In this document: positions 51,125-61,682 of the stretch, in pieces | Numbering within the stretch: position 1 is the first letter of the stretch | How the letters are laid out: the number at the start of each line of letters is the position of its first letter | Assembly: GCA_963715985.1 (NCBI GenBank) | Contig: CAVQSP010000020.1 | Coordinates: 160,001-224,000 of the forward strand | Source: an uncultured Thermoleophilia bacterium | GTDB taxonomy: Bacteria; Actinomycetota; Thermoleophilia; UBA2241 | DNA length: 64,000 nucleotides | Reading direction: 5' to 3' | The notes under the pieces: generated by a model | What the model saw: only the letters and a program-made list of their open reading frames with translations | Told to the model about the DNA's origin: nothing | Database searches by the model: none | Position numbers and translations under genes: made by a program

Positions 51125-51154
51125 GGTGGGCGGCGCCTTCCGGCGCCGCCCACC
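51125..51154 (+). terminator. Hairpin after the RDD gene
   Basis: ggtgggcggcgcc-ttcc-ggcgccgcccacc. Confidence 0.55.
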
Positions 51155-51323
51155 AACCAGGGGGTCGCTCGCGGTCCGTCCCGTCTTCGCCCTGTGGCGG
51201 CACGGTCCCGCCCCCATGTTGTCGGCACCGCCGGCGGCGAACATGAGCGCCGCCGTTGTGCTGTGGGCCGCGCCGCCCGCTGGAGTACGATGGGCACAGT
51301 GGAGGTCGACAGGGAGGGCAGCC

Positions 51324-52388
51324 ATGACCCGGCTCGCCACCGCGGCACGAGCTCTCGTGCGGGGCCGCATCATCGTGATCCTCGCGTTCTCCGTCGCCTG
51401 CCTCGCGCCCGCGCCGGCGGCGCAGGCGCGGCCGGCGGCTCCGGCCGTGTTCCCCGTCTGCATCGAGATGGGCGGGCAGGCCGGTCCCGACATCGCCGGC
51501 ACGGTGGTCGTGTGGACCGACAACCGCAACGGCGAGCTGGACATCTACGGCCGCGACGTGAGCAGGTCCGGCGACTTCACCGTGTGCACGGCGGCCGGAT
51601 CGCAGGACAACCCGGCCGTTGCCGCAGTCACCACCGGCTCCCGGACGGAGTACGTGGCCGTCTGGGTGGACAAGCGCAACCACGACGGCGGCGACATCTA
51701 CGGCCGTGACCTCACCACCCGCAAGAGCTTCGTCGTGGCGCGCAGCGCCACCCTGAAGTGGTTCCCGGAGATCTGCGATTCCTGGGTGGCGTGGATCGAG
51801 GCCGCCGACTCTGCCGGGCCGTACACGATCAGGGCCCGCGACCTCGCCGCCGGCAAGACGTACAAGATCGCCACCAGCACCGTGCTGAGCAGCTTCGGCC
51901 TGACGCGCCGCACGGTGGACGGCGTCACGGTCTACACCGCCGTCTACGCCTCGTCCGGCGGGGACATCAGCGGCCGCGACCTGCCGGACGGCGCGCCGTT
52001 CAACGTCTCCCGTTCCGCCGCGTTCGAGTGGAGCCCGGACATCAGCGCCAATCGCGTGGTGTGGTGGGGGGACGGTGAACGCATCTGGCTGAGGAATCTC
52101 AAGACGGGTACGCGCACCCTGGTCGGCACCGGCTCGCGGCCGCGCGTGGACGGCGAGCTCGTGGTGTGGGACGACGGCGGCCAGGGCGGCGGCTTCGTGA
52201 CCGAGTACAAGGACGGCGCCGTGATCTCGGTGCGCAACGTCGCGCACGGCACCAAGGTCGTGAAGATCAGCCAGCCGCACCTCACCTGCCTCTTCCCCGC
52301 GGTGAGCGGCGACACGGTGGTGTGGGAGTCCGGGCCGGCGCGCCGCGTGCTCTTGCACATCCACATCTACGGGGCACACGTGCACTGA
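51324..52388 (+). CDS. Secreted beta-propeller repeat protein
   Basis: Signal peptide; repeats P.I.G..VVW.D.RN...DIYGRD. Confidence 0.75.
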   Translation: MTRLATAARALVRGRIIVILAFSVACLAPAPAAQARPAAPAVFPVCIEMGGQAGPDIAGTVVVWTDNRNGELDIYGRDVSRSGDFTVCTAAGSQDNPAVAAVTTGSRTEYVAVWVDKRNHDGGDIYGRDLTTRKSFVVARSATLKWFPEICDSWVAWIEAADSAGPYTIRARDLAAGKTYKIATSTVLSSFGLTRRTVDGVTVYTAVYASSGGDISGRDLPDGAPFNVSRSAAFEWSPDISANRVVWWGDGERIWLRNLKTGTRTLVGTGSRPRVDGELVVWDDGGQGGGFVTEYKDGAVISVRNVAHGTKVVKISQPHLTCLFPAVSGDTVVWESGPARRVLLHIHIYGAHVH

Positions 52389-52545
52389 ACGCTCTGGCGC
52401 GCAGGTCACCCTCGACTGCCGCCCGGCCACACCGCGGCTCCAGGCCTGCTTCGCGCAGGCGCCGCAGCATCAGCTCTACGTCGTCCTGGCTGTCCTCGAC
52501 GAACAGGATGCGGAGTCTCGCCGGGTCTCCGGTCGCCGGTCGCAT
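52388..52545 (-). pseudogene. Response-regulator receiver N-terminal fragment
   Basis: LRILFVEDSQDDVELMLRRLREAG, truncated before the phospho-Asp. Confidence 0.55.
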
Positions 52546-52606
52546 GGCCGCATCGAGCCGGCTCACGACCCGGCCGCCCCGTCGTCGAGGGCGGGCGGGG
52601 CGGCCG

Positions 52607-53761
52607 TCAGCCGGCGAAGTAGGCTTGGGCCTTCTCCATCCAGACGGGGATGTCGATGCTCTGCGGGCACGTGTCCAGGCACTCGCCGCAGGCCGTGCAC
52701 CGGTCGGCGCGCTCGCTCTCGGCCAGGAACATCGAGTAGAGCCTCTGACGGAGCGGCAGGTCGCCGTACACATGGGCGTCGTTGTACAGCTCGATGACGC
52801 CGGGGATGTCGACTCCCTGCGGGCACGGCATACAGTAGCGGCACGACGTGCAGGGGATCGGGGTGCGCTCGCGGAGGACGTCGCGCACGCGGGCCACGAC
52901 GGCGAGCTCGTCGGCGCTCAGCAGCCCCGGGCGCGAGCGGCCGGCGTACTCCAGGTTCTCCTCGACGTGCTGCATCGTGGTCATGCCGCTGAGCAGGAAG
53001 GAGACCGCGGGCTCGCTCCACACCCACTGCAGCGCCCACTCGGCCGGGGTGCGGTGCACGGACGCCTCCTCCCACAGGGCGTCGATCTCGGGCGTGACCG
53101 CGCGAGCGAGCCCGCCCCCTCGCACCGGCTCCATGGCGATGATTCCGAGTCCCTTGCCGGCCGCGAGCTCGAGTCCGCGGCGGCCGGCCTGGAACTCCTC
53201 GTCCATGTAGTTGAACTGGATCTGGCAGAACTCCCAGATGTCGGTGGCGGCGAGGATCTCCTCGAAGTCCTCGTAGGTACCGTGGAAGCTGAAGCCGAGA
53301 TGCCCGATGCGACCATCGGCGAGGGCGCGCTCTGCCGACGCCAGCTGCCCCTGCTCGAGGACGGTGCGCCAGTGATCGGCGTCGAGCGAGTGGAGCAGGT
53401 AGAAGTCGACGTGGCCGAGCTGCAGCCGTTCCATCTGGACGGCGAGGATGCGGTCGAAGTCGTCCGGCTTCTCCACCCTCCACACCGGCATCTTGGTGGC
53501 GACCTTCACCTTCTCGCGGTAGCCGCCCTTGAGCGCCTCGCCGAGCCAGGTCTCGCTGGTGTCGCCGTGGTACATCCAGGCGGTGTCGACGTAGTTCACG
53601 CCGCCGTCCACCGCGCGGTGCAGCATGGCCGTCGCCAGCTCGTGGTCGATGCGCGTGTGGTCCGGCCTGCCGTCGTCGCCGGTGAGCACGGGCAGCCGCA
53701 TGGCGCCGAAGCCGAGGGCGGAGGGCCGGAAGTCGAGTCTGCCGAAGTCGCGGTACTGCAT
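52607..53761 (-). CDS. Aldo/keto reductase with a C-terminal Fe-S dicluster
   Basis: LGFGAMRLP, DTAWMY, ATKMP, GFSFH, MEPVRGG, CTSCRYCMPCP, CTACGEC..CPQ; TACCAT-N6-ATG. Confidence 0.9.
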   Translation of the reverse strand: MQYRDFGRLDFRPSALGFGAMRLPVLTGDDGRPDHTRIDHELATAMLHRAVDGGVNYVDTAWMYHGDTSETWLGEALKGGYREKVKVATKMPVWRVEKPDDFDRILAVQMERLQLGHVDFYLLHSLDADHWRTVLEQGQLASAERALADGRIGHLGFSFHGTYEDFEEILAATDIWEFCQIQFNYMDEEFQAGRRGLELAAGKGLGIIAMEPVRGGGLARAVTPEIDALWEEASVHRTPAEWALQWVWSEPAVSFLLSGMTTMQHVEENLEYAGRSRPGLLSADELAVVARVRDVLRERTPIPCTSCRYCMPCPQGVDIPGVIELYNDAHVYGDLPLRQRLYSMFLAESERADRCTACGECLDTCPQSIDIPVWMEKAQAYFAG

Positions 53762-53830
53762 GGCGGCATGGTACCGCCCGTGGGTCGGCCACGCGACCGC
53801 GGGCGGCGCCTGCGATAGACTGCCGCCGGC

Positions 53831-54754
53831 ATGACCGAAGCCGCCCAGCATCCAGAGATCCTCGTCGAGGCGCGCCGCGGGGGCACGGTGGAGAGCCTCC
53901 ACCGCGCCGTGGCGGCGCTGGCCGCTCCCGACGGCGAGATCGTGGCGCGCTGGGGCGACCCCGGCATGGTCACGTACTGGCGCTCGTCGGCCAAACCCTT
54001 CCAGGCCCAGGCGTGGCTCGCCGACGGCACCGCCGCCCACTGGGCCTGGGGCAGCGAGGAGCTCGCCATCATCAGCGCCTCCCACGACGGCTTGCCGGTG
54101 CAGGCCGGCCTCGTGCGGCGCATGCTCGCGGACCTGGGGCTCTCGGAGGAGGACCTGCGCTGCGACCGCGAGCTCAAGGCGCGGCACAACTGCTCCGGCA
54201 ACCACACCGGCTTCCTCGGCGCCTGTGTGCACCACGGCTGGGACGTACCGACCTACCAGCAGCCGTCGCACCCCGCGCAGCAGGCGGCTCTGCGCATGTT
54301 CGCGGCGTGCACGGGTCTCGAGGTGGCGCAGATCCCCACGGGAGTGGATGGTTGCGGCGTGGTCGCCTACGCCACGCCGGTCGCGGTGGCCGCGTCCACC
54401 TACGCGCTGCTCCCCGAGCTGCTGCCGGAGATCGGCGCCGCGATGCGCGCCCACCCGCTCCTCGTCGAGGGCCCGGGCTGGCTGGACACCGTGGCCATGG
54501 AGCACGTCCCGGGCCTCACGAGCAAGAGCGGCGCGGAAGGCCTCGGCTGCATCTCGCTGCCGGACGGGCGCGGGCTGGCCGTCAAGGTCGTGGACGGCGC
54601 CGACCGCGCCATGGAGCCGGCGGCCGTGGCGCTCCTCGAGCTCGTGCTCGGCACGGCCGCCGTACCGGACGCGCTGCGCGCCCTGGGGCGGCCGCCCATC
54701 AAGAACGACGCCGGCGACGTGGTCGGCGAGCTGCTGGCGGTGGCGCCGGCCTGA
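53831..54754 (+). CDS. L-asparaginase II family (Rhizobium AnsA-like)
   Basis: RGGTVESLH, RSSAKPFQA, SASH, HNCSGNH, DGCG, KSGAEG. Confidence 0.88.
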   Translation: MTEAAQHPEILVEARRGGTVESLHRAVAALAAPDGEIVARWGDPGMVTYWRSSAKPFQAQAWLADGTAAHWAWGSEELAIISASHDGLPVQAGLVRRMLADLGLSEEDLRCDRELKARHNCSGNHTGFLGACVHHGWDVPTYQQPSHPAQQAALRMFAACTGLEVAQIPTGVDGCGVVAYATPVAVAASTYALLPELLPEIGAAMRAHPLLVEGPGWLDTVAMEHVPGLTSKSGAEGLGCISLPDGRGLAVKVVDGADRAMEPAAVALLELVLGTAAVPDALRALGRPPIKNDAGDVVGELLAVAPA

Positions 54755-54788
54755 GCCGGCGCTCACGCGCCGTGTGCAGCCCCCAGCC

Positions 54789-56657
54789 TCAGCCCTCTTC
54801 GGCTCGCGGCCGCCGCCGCAGCAGCAGAAGCACCACGACGACCACCACGACGATGGCGACGATCACGCCCACGATCACGGCCGGGCTCGTCCCGCCGGAC
54901 GTGGAGGCAGTGTCGGCGGTGGCCACCTTCGGCCCCACCTTGAAGTAGTTGCTCACGTTGTCGCTGATGAAGGCCACGGCGCCGTTGGGCTGCGGCACGC
55001 GCCGCCAGCCCTCCCAGTCCGCCGCGTTCCAGCCTTCGAGCAGTTTGCTGTAGCAGAGGACGATGTACGGCGACTCGCGGTAGAAGATCTCCTGCATCTT
55101 CCAGACGATCTCACGGCGCGCCTGCGGGTCGAGCTCCTGTGACTGCTCGGTCCACAGCTTGTCGTACTCGGCGTTCGACCAGGCGCAGTCGTTCTGGTTC
55201 TCGATCTGCTCCGTGCGGAAGTAGCCGAGCCGGCGGCCGGGGTCGGAGCCGCTCGGCTGCCAGTACCAGAGGTAGACGTCGTAGTCCGGCGTGAACGTGT
55301 CGCCCACGTAGTTCCAGCCCGCGTCGGCCAGGACGCCCTCGTCTTCCACCGAGTACTTGATGTCCAGGCCCAGGTCCTTCCACCAGCCCGCGATGAGCTT
55401 GCCCTGGATCTGGCTCTGCGGCGACTGCGCCCGCGACCACAGGCGCAGTGTGATGTCCTTGCCCTTGTTGTTGGGGTCGTTGAGGATGCCGTCCCCGTCC
55501 GTGTCCGTGTAGCCGGCGTCGGCCAGGAGCTGCTTCGCCTTCGCGGGGTCGAAGCCGTACTCCACGTCGGCGGCCGGCTGCCAGTGCCAGTCCAGATCGG
55601 GGTCGTAGAAGTCCACCTCGAACATCGACGTGCCCGGGTCCGCGTATCCCTGATAGGACAGCTCCGTCATCTTGACCTTGTCGATGCCCCAGTTGAGCGC
55701 CTGGCGGAACTTGGGGTCGCGCAGCACCGGGTTACCCAGTGACGGCCCCTCGTAGCAGTTGAAGGAGAGGTAGTCGAACTCCTTCTGCGAGCAGCCGAAG
55801 GCGGCGAGCCCCTGGGTGGCCGCCAGCGGTTTGATCTGCGCCGGCGGCAGGTTGATGGCGAGGTCGATGGCGCCGAGCTTGAGGTCCTGGGCCAGCGTGT
55901 CCTGGTTGGTGTACTGCTCGAAGAGGAGCTCGTCGACCTTGGGGGCGCCGCCCCAGTACTCCTTGTTGGCCACGCAGCGCACGAACGCGCCCTTCTTCCA
56001 CTCGCTGACCACGAACGGGCCCGAGCCCACGATGGGCGGCGCGTTGAGGTACTTCTTGGCCTCATCCTCGGTCTTGAACTGGCTCCAGATGTGTTCGGGG
56101 AGGATCGGGCACCACATGGAGAGGATGTCCGCCTTGGGCCGCGAGCACGTGATGACGAGCGTGGTGTCGTCGGGCGCACTGGCGCTCTCGATGCCGTCGA
56201 GCGCGGAGAGAAACGCCTGCAGTTGCAGCTTGATCTCCCAGTTGTAGGTGAAGGCGATGTCGGCGGCGGTCAGCGGCTGCCCGTCGCTCCACTTCACGCC
56301 GCTGCGGATCTTGAACGTCCAGGTGAGGCCGTCGTCGCTGGTCGTCCAGCTCTCGGCGAGCCCGGGCTGGGTCTCCAGGTACTGATCGCCGTAGTCGGTG
56401 AGGAAGTCGTAGGCGACGTGCCAGAGCTCGTACGACGTCTGGTTGATGCCGACGAAGGGGTTGAAGTTGTCCACATCCGGTGACCAGCCGACCTTGAGGA
56501 CGGCCTGGGAGGCGCCGGGGGAGGAGCTCTCGCCGTAGAGCGTGGGCGTCGGGCTTTCGCTGCCGAGCGCCGGCGCGAGACCCCACACGAGGCCCGCGAC
56601 GAGCAGCGCGAGCACCCAGAGCGGCAGTGTGACTGCGAGGCTTGGACGGGCACCCAT
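54789..56657 (-). CDS. ABC transporter family-5 (peptide/nickel) substrate-binding protein with C-terminal TM anchor
   Basis: PGLAESW..WTFKIRSGVKWSDG.PLTA.D, VGSGPF, RQAL..GID; C-terminal hydrophobic helix plus RRR. Confidence 0.88.
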   Translation of the reverse strand: MGARPSLAVTLPLWVLALLVAGLVWGLAPALGSESPTPTLYGESSSPGASQAVLKVGWSPDVDNFNPFVGINQTSYELWHVAYDFLTDYGDQYLETQPGLAESWTTSDDGLTWTFKIRSGVKWSDGQPLTAADIAFTYNWEIKLQLQAFLSALDGIESASAPDDTTLVITCSRPKADILSMWCPILPEHIWSQFKTEDEAKKYLNAPPIVGSGPFVVSEWKKGAFVRCVANKEYWGGAPKVDELLFEQYTNQDTLAQDLKLGAIDLAINLPPAQIKPLAATQGLAAFGCSQKEFDYLSFNCYEGPSLGNPVLRDPKFRQALNWGIDKVKMTELSYQGYADPGTSMFEVDFYDPDLDWHWQPAADVEYGFDPAKAKQLLADAGYTDTDGDGILNDPNNKGKDITLRLWSRAQSPQSQIQGKLIAGWWKDLGLDIKYSVEDEGVLADAGWNYVGDTFTPDYDVYLWYWQPSGSDPGRRLGYFRTEQIENQNDCAWSNAEYDKLWTEQSQELDPQARREIVWKMQEIFYRESPYIVLCYSKLLEGWNAADWEGWRRVPQPNGAVAFISDNVSNYFKVGPKVATADTASTSGGTSPAVIVGVIVAIVVVVVVVLLLLRRRPRAEEG

Positions 56658-57099
56658 GGATCCTCCCTTTTCGCGCCGGATGGCGAGCGGCGACCCCACC
56701 CCGGACCGCCGCCCGGCGCCGCGAGGCGCCGTGGGCACAGGCTACGCAACACAGCCGCGGCCATGCAAGAGGAGCCGCGCGCGGCGCGGGCACGGTGCGC
56801 GGCGCATACGCGCATGCACGCCGCGGACACACTCGCCGCGGAGCTCGCAGGCACGCGACGGCGTGCCGTACCTGCAGGGGCCACACCGGCGGAAGGTCAC
56901 GCAGACTCCGCCGCATGCGAACGGGCCATGCCCCGCGGGGACGGCACCGCCGCCCGCGCCTCTTTGCGAGACGGCGCTCGAGGTCGGCGAGCTGGCGGCG
57001 AGTCTGGCGGACTTGGACCCGCTCGACTGGGTGGAGTGACGAGTGGTGCGGTGCGGTACACTCTGCCGCGCCGCCCACACCACCTGCAAGGAGCCTCGC

Positions 57100-57969
57100 A
57101 TGATCCTCAAGCTCGGCCTGCCCAAAGGCAGCCTCGAGAACGCCACCATCGACCTGATGCGCCGCGCCGGCTTTCTCATCACGGTGGCCTCGCGTTCGTA
57201 CTTCCCAGCCATCGACGACCCCGAGATCGAGTGCATGCTCGTGCGCGCCCAGGAGATGGCACGCTACGTGGAGGACGGCGCCCTCGACTGCGGCCTCACG
57301 GGCTACGACTGGGTCGTCGAGAACCAGGCCACCGTGCAGACGGTGTGCGATCTGGTCTACGCCAAGCAGAGCTTCGGCAGAGTACGCTGGGTGCTCGCCG
57401 TGCCCCGCGACTCGGACGTGCAGACCGTGGCCGACCTGGAGGGCAGGATCGTGGCCACCGAGCTGGTCGGCGTCACCAAGCGCTGGTTCGCGGAGCACGG
57501 CGTCACCGCCAAGGTCGAGTTCAGCTGGGGTGCCACCGAGGCCAAACTACCGGAGCTGGCCGACGCCATCGTGGAGGTCACCGAGACCGGCTCGTCGCTG
57601 CGCGCCAACAAGCTGCGCATCGTCGAGACGGTGCTGGAGTCCACGACGCAGCTCATCGCCAACGGGGACGCCTGGGAGGACCCGGACAAACGCCGCAAGA
57701 TCGAGGACATGGCCCTGCTGCTGCAGGGCGCCATCGCCGCCCTCGACCGTGTGGGCCTGATGCTCAACGTGCGCGCGGAGGACCTCGAGGCCGTACTGGC
57801 CGTCCTCCCCGCGCTGCGCAACCCGACGGTCTCGCACCTCAGCGACCCGGGCTGGCTGGCGGTGAACACCATCCTCGAGGAGAGCGTGGTGCGCCACATC
57901 ATCCCGCGCCTCAAAGAGGTGGGCGCCGAGGGCATCGTGGAGTTCCCGCTCAACAAGATCGTGATGTGA
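57100..57969 (+). CDS. hisG: ATP phosphoribosyltransferase (long form)
   Basis: [41 protein letters not shown]-terminal regulatory domain with PTVS. Confidence 0.95.
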   Translation: MILKLGLPKGSLENATIDLMRRAGFLITVASRSYFPAIDDPEIECMLVRAQEMARYVEDGALDCGLTGYDWVVENQATVQTVCDLVYAKQSFGRVRWVLAVPRDSDVQTVADLEGRIVATELVGVTKRWFAEHGVTAKVEFSWGATEAKLPELADAIVEVTETGSSLRANKLRIVETVLESTTQLIANGDAWEDPDKRRKIEDMALLLQGAIAALDRVGLMLNVRAEDLEAVLAVLPALRNPTVSHLSDPGWLAVNTILEESVVRHIIPRLKEVGAEGIVEFPLNKIVM

Positions 57970-58044
57970 GGGGCGCCGCGGCCGGACGCTGATCGGCGCG
58001 CCGCGGCGGACGATGACGGCGCCGCCGCGCGCCTGACGGCGCGG

Positions 58045-58815
58045 TCAGCCGGACGTCAGGTGCGCGAGCGCTGCCCAGGCTTCATGCGCCGAGAGGCGCG
58101 GATAACGGTCGCGGAGGTCACCTTCCGGGACGGGCAGCCACACGCGGCCGTCGCGGTCGTCGCCGAGGCCCGTCACAAGCCCCTGGCAGAAACGCCACGC
58201 CGTGAACGCCGCCATGAGCGCGTCCAGCGAGTCGTGGTCGAAGTACTCGTCCCAGTGGACGCCGAGGCGCCGCAGGGTGAGCACGCGCAGGCGGAGCCCT
58301 TCGCGCGTGCTCTTGGGCGGCGGCGTGCCGCCCAGCAGGCTCACGAAGCCGGCGTGCGGGTACACCTCCAGGGCCACCGGCGCCTGTCCAAGGGCGCCGG
58401 GCAGCCAGCCGTCGGCCGGGCGCTCGTAGCCGCGCCGGCCGAGCTCCTTGAAGTACGCCCAGCCGGTCTGCATCCAGGCGTACCTGCGCTCGCGCCCCTC
58501 CACCTCGGCCGCGGTCGGCACCTGGTACACGGAGATGCGCCGCGAGAGCAGCTCCGCGTCACAGCGCCGGGAGTGGGCGGTGCCGCCGGGCAGCGCCCGT
58601 TTGGGGCGCTGCGGCGCGTCGACGCCCACGGCCGCCGGCGCGAGGGCGCCGAGCCACTCGAACAGGCGACCGCGGTCCCCGGGCTCACGCTCGTCCGCCA
58701 CGTGCCACGCGAGCGCCTCGAGCGTCCGCCCGCAGCGCAGCGCCACGGCGACGCACGGGCGGCTGGAGGCGATGTCGATGCCGACGACGACGGGTGCGGG
58801 TTCGCTGGATCTCAT
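58045..58815 (-). CDS. DUF429 family predicted RNase H-fold nuclease
   Basis: VVGID, VGVDAP, R.CD..L, EVYPH, DSLDA..AA. Confidence 0.75.
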   Translation of the reverse strand: MRSSEPAPVVVGIDIASSRPCVAVALRCGRTLEALAWHVADEREPGDRGRLFEWLGALAPAAVGVDAPQRPKRALPGGTAHSRRCDAELLSRRISVYQVPTAAEVEGRERRYAWMQTGWAYFKELGRRGYERPADGWLPGALGQAPVALEVYPHAGFVSLLGGTPPPKSTREGLRLRVLTLRRLGVHWDEYFDHDSLDALMAAFTAWRFCQGLVTGLGDDRDGRVWLPVPEGDLRDRYPRLSAHEAWAALAHLTSG

Positions 58816-58829
58816 ACCGGCGACCGCGC

Positions 58830-60164
58830 TCAGGGCGCGACGAGCGTGACCTCGCGCACGCCCCAGCGCGACCACTCCGGATAGTCCCCGCGAGCCACGA
58901 AACCGATCACGTTGCGGCTCTTGTTCAGCATGCTCGCCGGGATGGCCAGCGAGCGTATCCCGCTCCACTTGCCCTTGGGTCCAGGGTCCAGGGCGCCCGC
59001 GTCCTGCCAGTTCACGACCAGCCTGACCTCGTCGGCCTGCACGTCCCACAGACGGAAGTGCAGCACACGCTCGGAACTCGCCCCCTTGGCCGTGTAGAAG
59101 ACCTCTTTGGGGTGCGACGTGTCGTTGCGGCAGTTGCCCAGGCCGGTCGCGGAGGGCACCTCCCTGGGCAGCGCGGGTCTCTGCACCGGGTTGAAGCGCA
59201 CGTTGGCGAGCGGCGCCCAGTCCTCGTCGCCGGTCGTGGACCAGTCGTACATGCCGCCGCCCAGGCACCCGGTCTCACGCAGGGCACGGACGAAGGCGGT
59301 GGTCTCCGCGCCGGACGACTTGTCGCCCAGGCCGGCGATGACGTGGATGGGGATCGTCTCGACCCCCGTCTGCTCGCGCACGATGCGCACGTTGTCCAGG
59401 GTCTCGTTGTAGACCTTGGTATAGCCGTCCACGTGGTAGGTGTAGTAGCCCATGGGGACCATGACGTCGTAGATCGCGGCCACCGTCTTGTAGGGGAAGT
59501 CGGGCCAGTACGTGCTGTTGATCGTCATCCCTTTGGGGGAGGGCGTGACGCCGCCCAGCGGGTACGTGGCGCCCACGTAGTCGCGGATCCGCTGCGACAG
59601 GGTCTTCACACGCTCGCTGCGCGTGCTGGCCGGCTTCACGGTGCTGTCCTCGATGTCCAGGGCGAAGGAGTCGAACTTCTGCCCGTCGTCGGTGCGGAAG
59701 TCGATCGCGGCCTTGCTGCGCAGGTAGTCCTTCTCCAGGTTCTTGAAGCCCGGGAGGTACCACGCCACAACGTACATCTTGCGCGCGTGGCACTCCTTGA
59801 TGAACTGGGCCAGCGCCGGCCTGTTGAACAGCGTCGACGAGGTGGGGTTGTGGTAGTTCGCCGTCTCGATGAAGAGCGTGCGCACGCCGTGGGAGGCCAT
59901 GTCCTGCACGGCGGCGGCGGGGTCGTCCCAGGCGCTCGGGTCGTACAGGTCCACCCACGACCCGAGCCCGCGGTAGGCCACCAGCGGCGCCTTCCCGGCG
60001 GCGGCCTTGGGCTGCGCCGTGTCGGCGGCGGCGCTCGGCTGCGCCCCCGCCGCCGCGTACGTGGCCGCGACCATGGCCGCAGCGGCCACCGCCGCGGCCA
60101 CGCACAGCAGCACGCCGACGGCACGGAGGCGAGGCAGATGCGAGCGGAGGGAGCGAGTCGTCAC
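58830..60164 (-). CDS. Secreted putative glycoside-hydrolase-like protein with a C-terminal beta domain
   Basis: Signal peptide; GVRTLFIET, VVAWYLP, FALDIE, PMGYY, GGGMYDW. Confidence 0.6.
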   Translation of the reverse strand: MTTRSLRSHLPRLRAVGVLLCVAAAVAAAAMVAATYAAAGAQPSAAADTAQPKAAAGKAPLVAYRGLGSWVDLYDPSAWDDPAAAVQDMASHGVRTLFIETANYHNPTSSTLFNRPALAQFIKECHARKMYVVAWYLPGFKNLEKDYLRSKAAIDFRTDDGQKFDSFALDIEDSTVKPASTRSERVKTLSQRIRDYVGATYPLGGVTPSPKGMTINSTYWPDFPYKTVAAIYDVMVPMGYYTYHVDGYTKVYNETLDNVRIVREQTGVETIPIHVIAGLGDKSSGAETTAFVRALRETGCLGGGMYDWSTTGDEDWAPLANVRFNPVQRPALPREVPSATGLGNCRNDTSHPKEVFYTAKGASSERVLHFRLWDVQADEVRLVVNWQDAGALDPGPKGKWSGIRSLAIPASMLNKSRNVIGFVARGDYPEWSRWGVREVTLVAP

Positions 60165-60331
60165 GGGTGACCCCCATGGTGGCTGGCGCTAGGTCACCCA
60201 GTATACGACGCGGCACCGCCCCGGGCCTCCCGGCCGTGCCGCCCGCCCTCGCCGGTCCGGCGGCGGCGTGCGCGTTACGCCGCCGGCCTCGCGTGGTAGG
60301 TTGCTGCAGACACTCGGGGACGGAGGCGTTG

Positions 60332-60850
60332 ATGAGCATCGCGTACGTGGAACAGCAGCTGGGGGCCAGCGAGAAGATCCTGTACACGGAGCGTCACCAC
60401 TGGGTGTTCTTCGTCGCCGAGATGATCAAGTGGATCCTGTTCGCGGCGGCGGTGATCGCGGTCATCATCATCTTCAGGGTCTGGTTCTTCGAGGGCCAGT
60501 CGTGGGTCTGGTGGCTGCTGCTCGTCTTCCTCGTCCCCGCGGTGCGCATCGCCTGGGGGTTCCTCTCCTGGAAGATGAACGTCTACGTGCTCACCAACCG
60601 CCGCGTGATCGAGTCCACAGGGGTGCTGAGCAAGCGCGTGGCCGATTCGTCCCTCGAGAAGCTCACCGACATCGTGCTCAAGCAGTCGATCGTGGGGCGC
60701 ATGCTCAACTACGGGGACATCGTCGTGCTCACGGCCGCGGCGGGCGCCGGTGTCAACAACCTCAAGCAGATCCGGCGCCCGATGGAGTTCAAGACGCAGA
60801 TGCTCAACGCCAAGGAAGAGCTCGAGAGGGAGCTCGGCGGCAGCAACTGA
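60332..60850 (+). CDS. Membrane protein with a bacterial PH (bPH_2) domain
   Basis: Two TM segments, YVLTNRRVI..GVL, QSIVGRMLNYGDI. Confidence 0.82.
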   Translation: MSIAYVEQQLGASEKILYTERHHWVFFVAEMIKWILFAAAVIAVIIIFRVWFFEGQSWVWWLLLVFLVPAVRIAWGFLSWKMNVYVLTNRRVIESTGVLSKRVADSSLEKLTDIVLKQSIVGRMLNYGDIVVLTAAAGAGVNNLKQIRRPMEFKTQMLNAKEELERELGGSN

Positions 60851-61030
60851 CCGGCGCCGCGGCCCGGCGTTGTCCATCCCGGGCCGGGCGACTCGCCCCC
60901 TCGTCTCACCCGGTGCAGGCGCTCAGGGTCTCCAGCTGTGTACCTAGACGAACGACCCATGCAGAGAAGACGGATCGCGGCCGACTCTCTGCATCAGGAC
61001 GATCGGTACTCTGCCCCCGGAGGCGACGCC

Positions 61031-61634
61031 ATGAGGCGCACACGAGAAGGTCAACAGGGTTTCACGTTGATCGAGTTGCTCGTCGTGATCATCGTCATGG
61101 GCATCCTCGCCGCCATCGCGCTTCCCATGTACCTCGGGCAACGCGAGAAGGCGAAGGTGGCGTCCCTCAAGCACGAGTGCCCACATCGTCGTCGTCGAGG
61201 CCACCACCTGCCTGACGGACCCCGGCCTGAGCAAGACCTACAGGGCCAGTGCCGGCACGGCGACCAGCGCCGCACAGATCGCGGCCGCGAAGGCAAATCT
61301 CAGCAATGCCCTCGAGGCTGCCCTCGAGAACGGCATCGAAAGCAGCAATGGGGCCGGCATCGCCAACCCCTACTCGCGCAAGAAGACCATCCTCAATCTC
61401 ACGAGCGCGAGCCTGAGCGCCGCCAACGCCACGCCCGCCGTGTTCATCACGAACGCGACGGGCTGTCGCTACGCCAGCTTCCAGACCCAGAGCGCCACGA
61501 TCCGCAACAATCTCAGGGGCACCGTCATCGCCTGCTGGAACACGCTCGCAGCGGTCAACGCGATCGAGATCTACTTCGTCGACAAGAACGGGGTCAAGTC
61601 CCCGACGGCCACGCTGGTGTCTCTGACACCGTGA
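61031..61634 (+). CDS. Type IV pilin-like protein (+1 frameshift near 61173)
   Basis: QQG|FTLIELLVVIIVMGILAAIALP class III signal. A coding-like globular domain with Cys continues in the next frame to TGA 61634. Confidence 0.82.
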
Positions 61635-61682
61635 CCGATGGCCGGCGACGGCTCTCAGGCCGCCCGCCTCAGTCCCGTCGTC

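Noticed and set aside
56660-57040. Possible gene or sigma54 promoter between the SBP gene and hisG
   Set aside because: Only a short coding-like tail (..LEVGELAASLADLDPLDWVE) with no credible start. The GG-N10-GC match lacks the TTGC core.
60850-61030. c-di-GMP riboswitch upstream of the pilin gene
   Set aside because: The class I GCAAA/GNRA-receptor features and a class II pseudoknot were not found.
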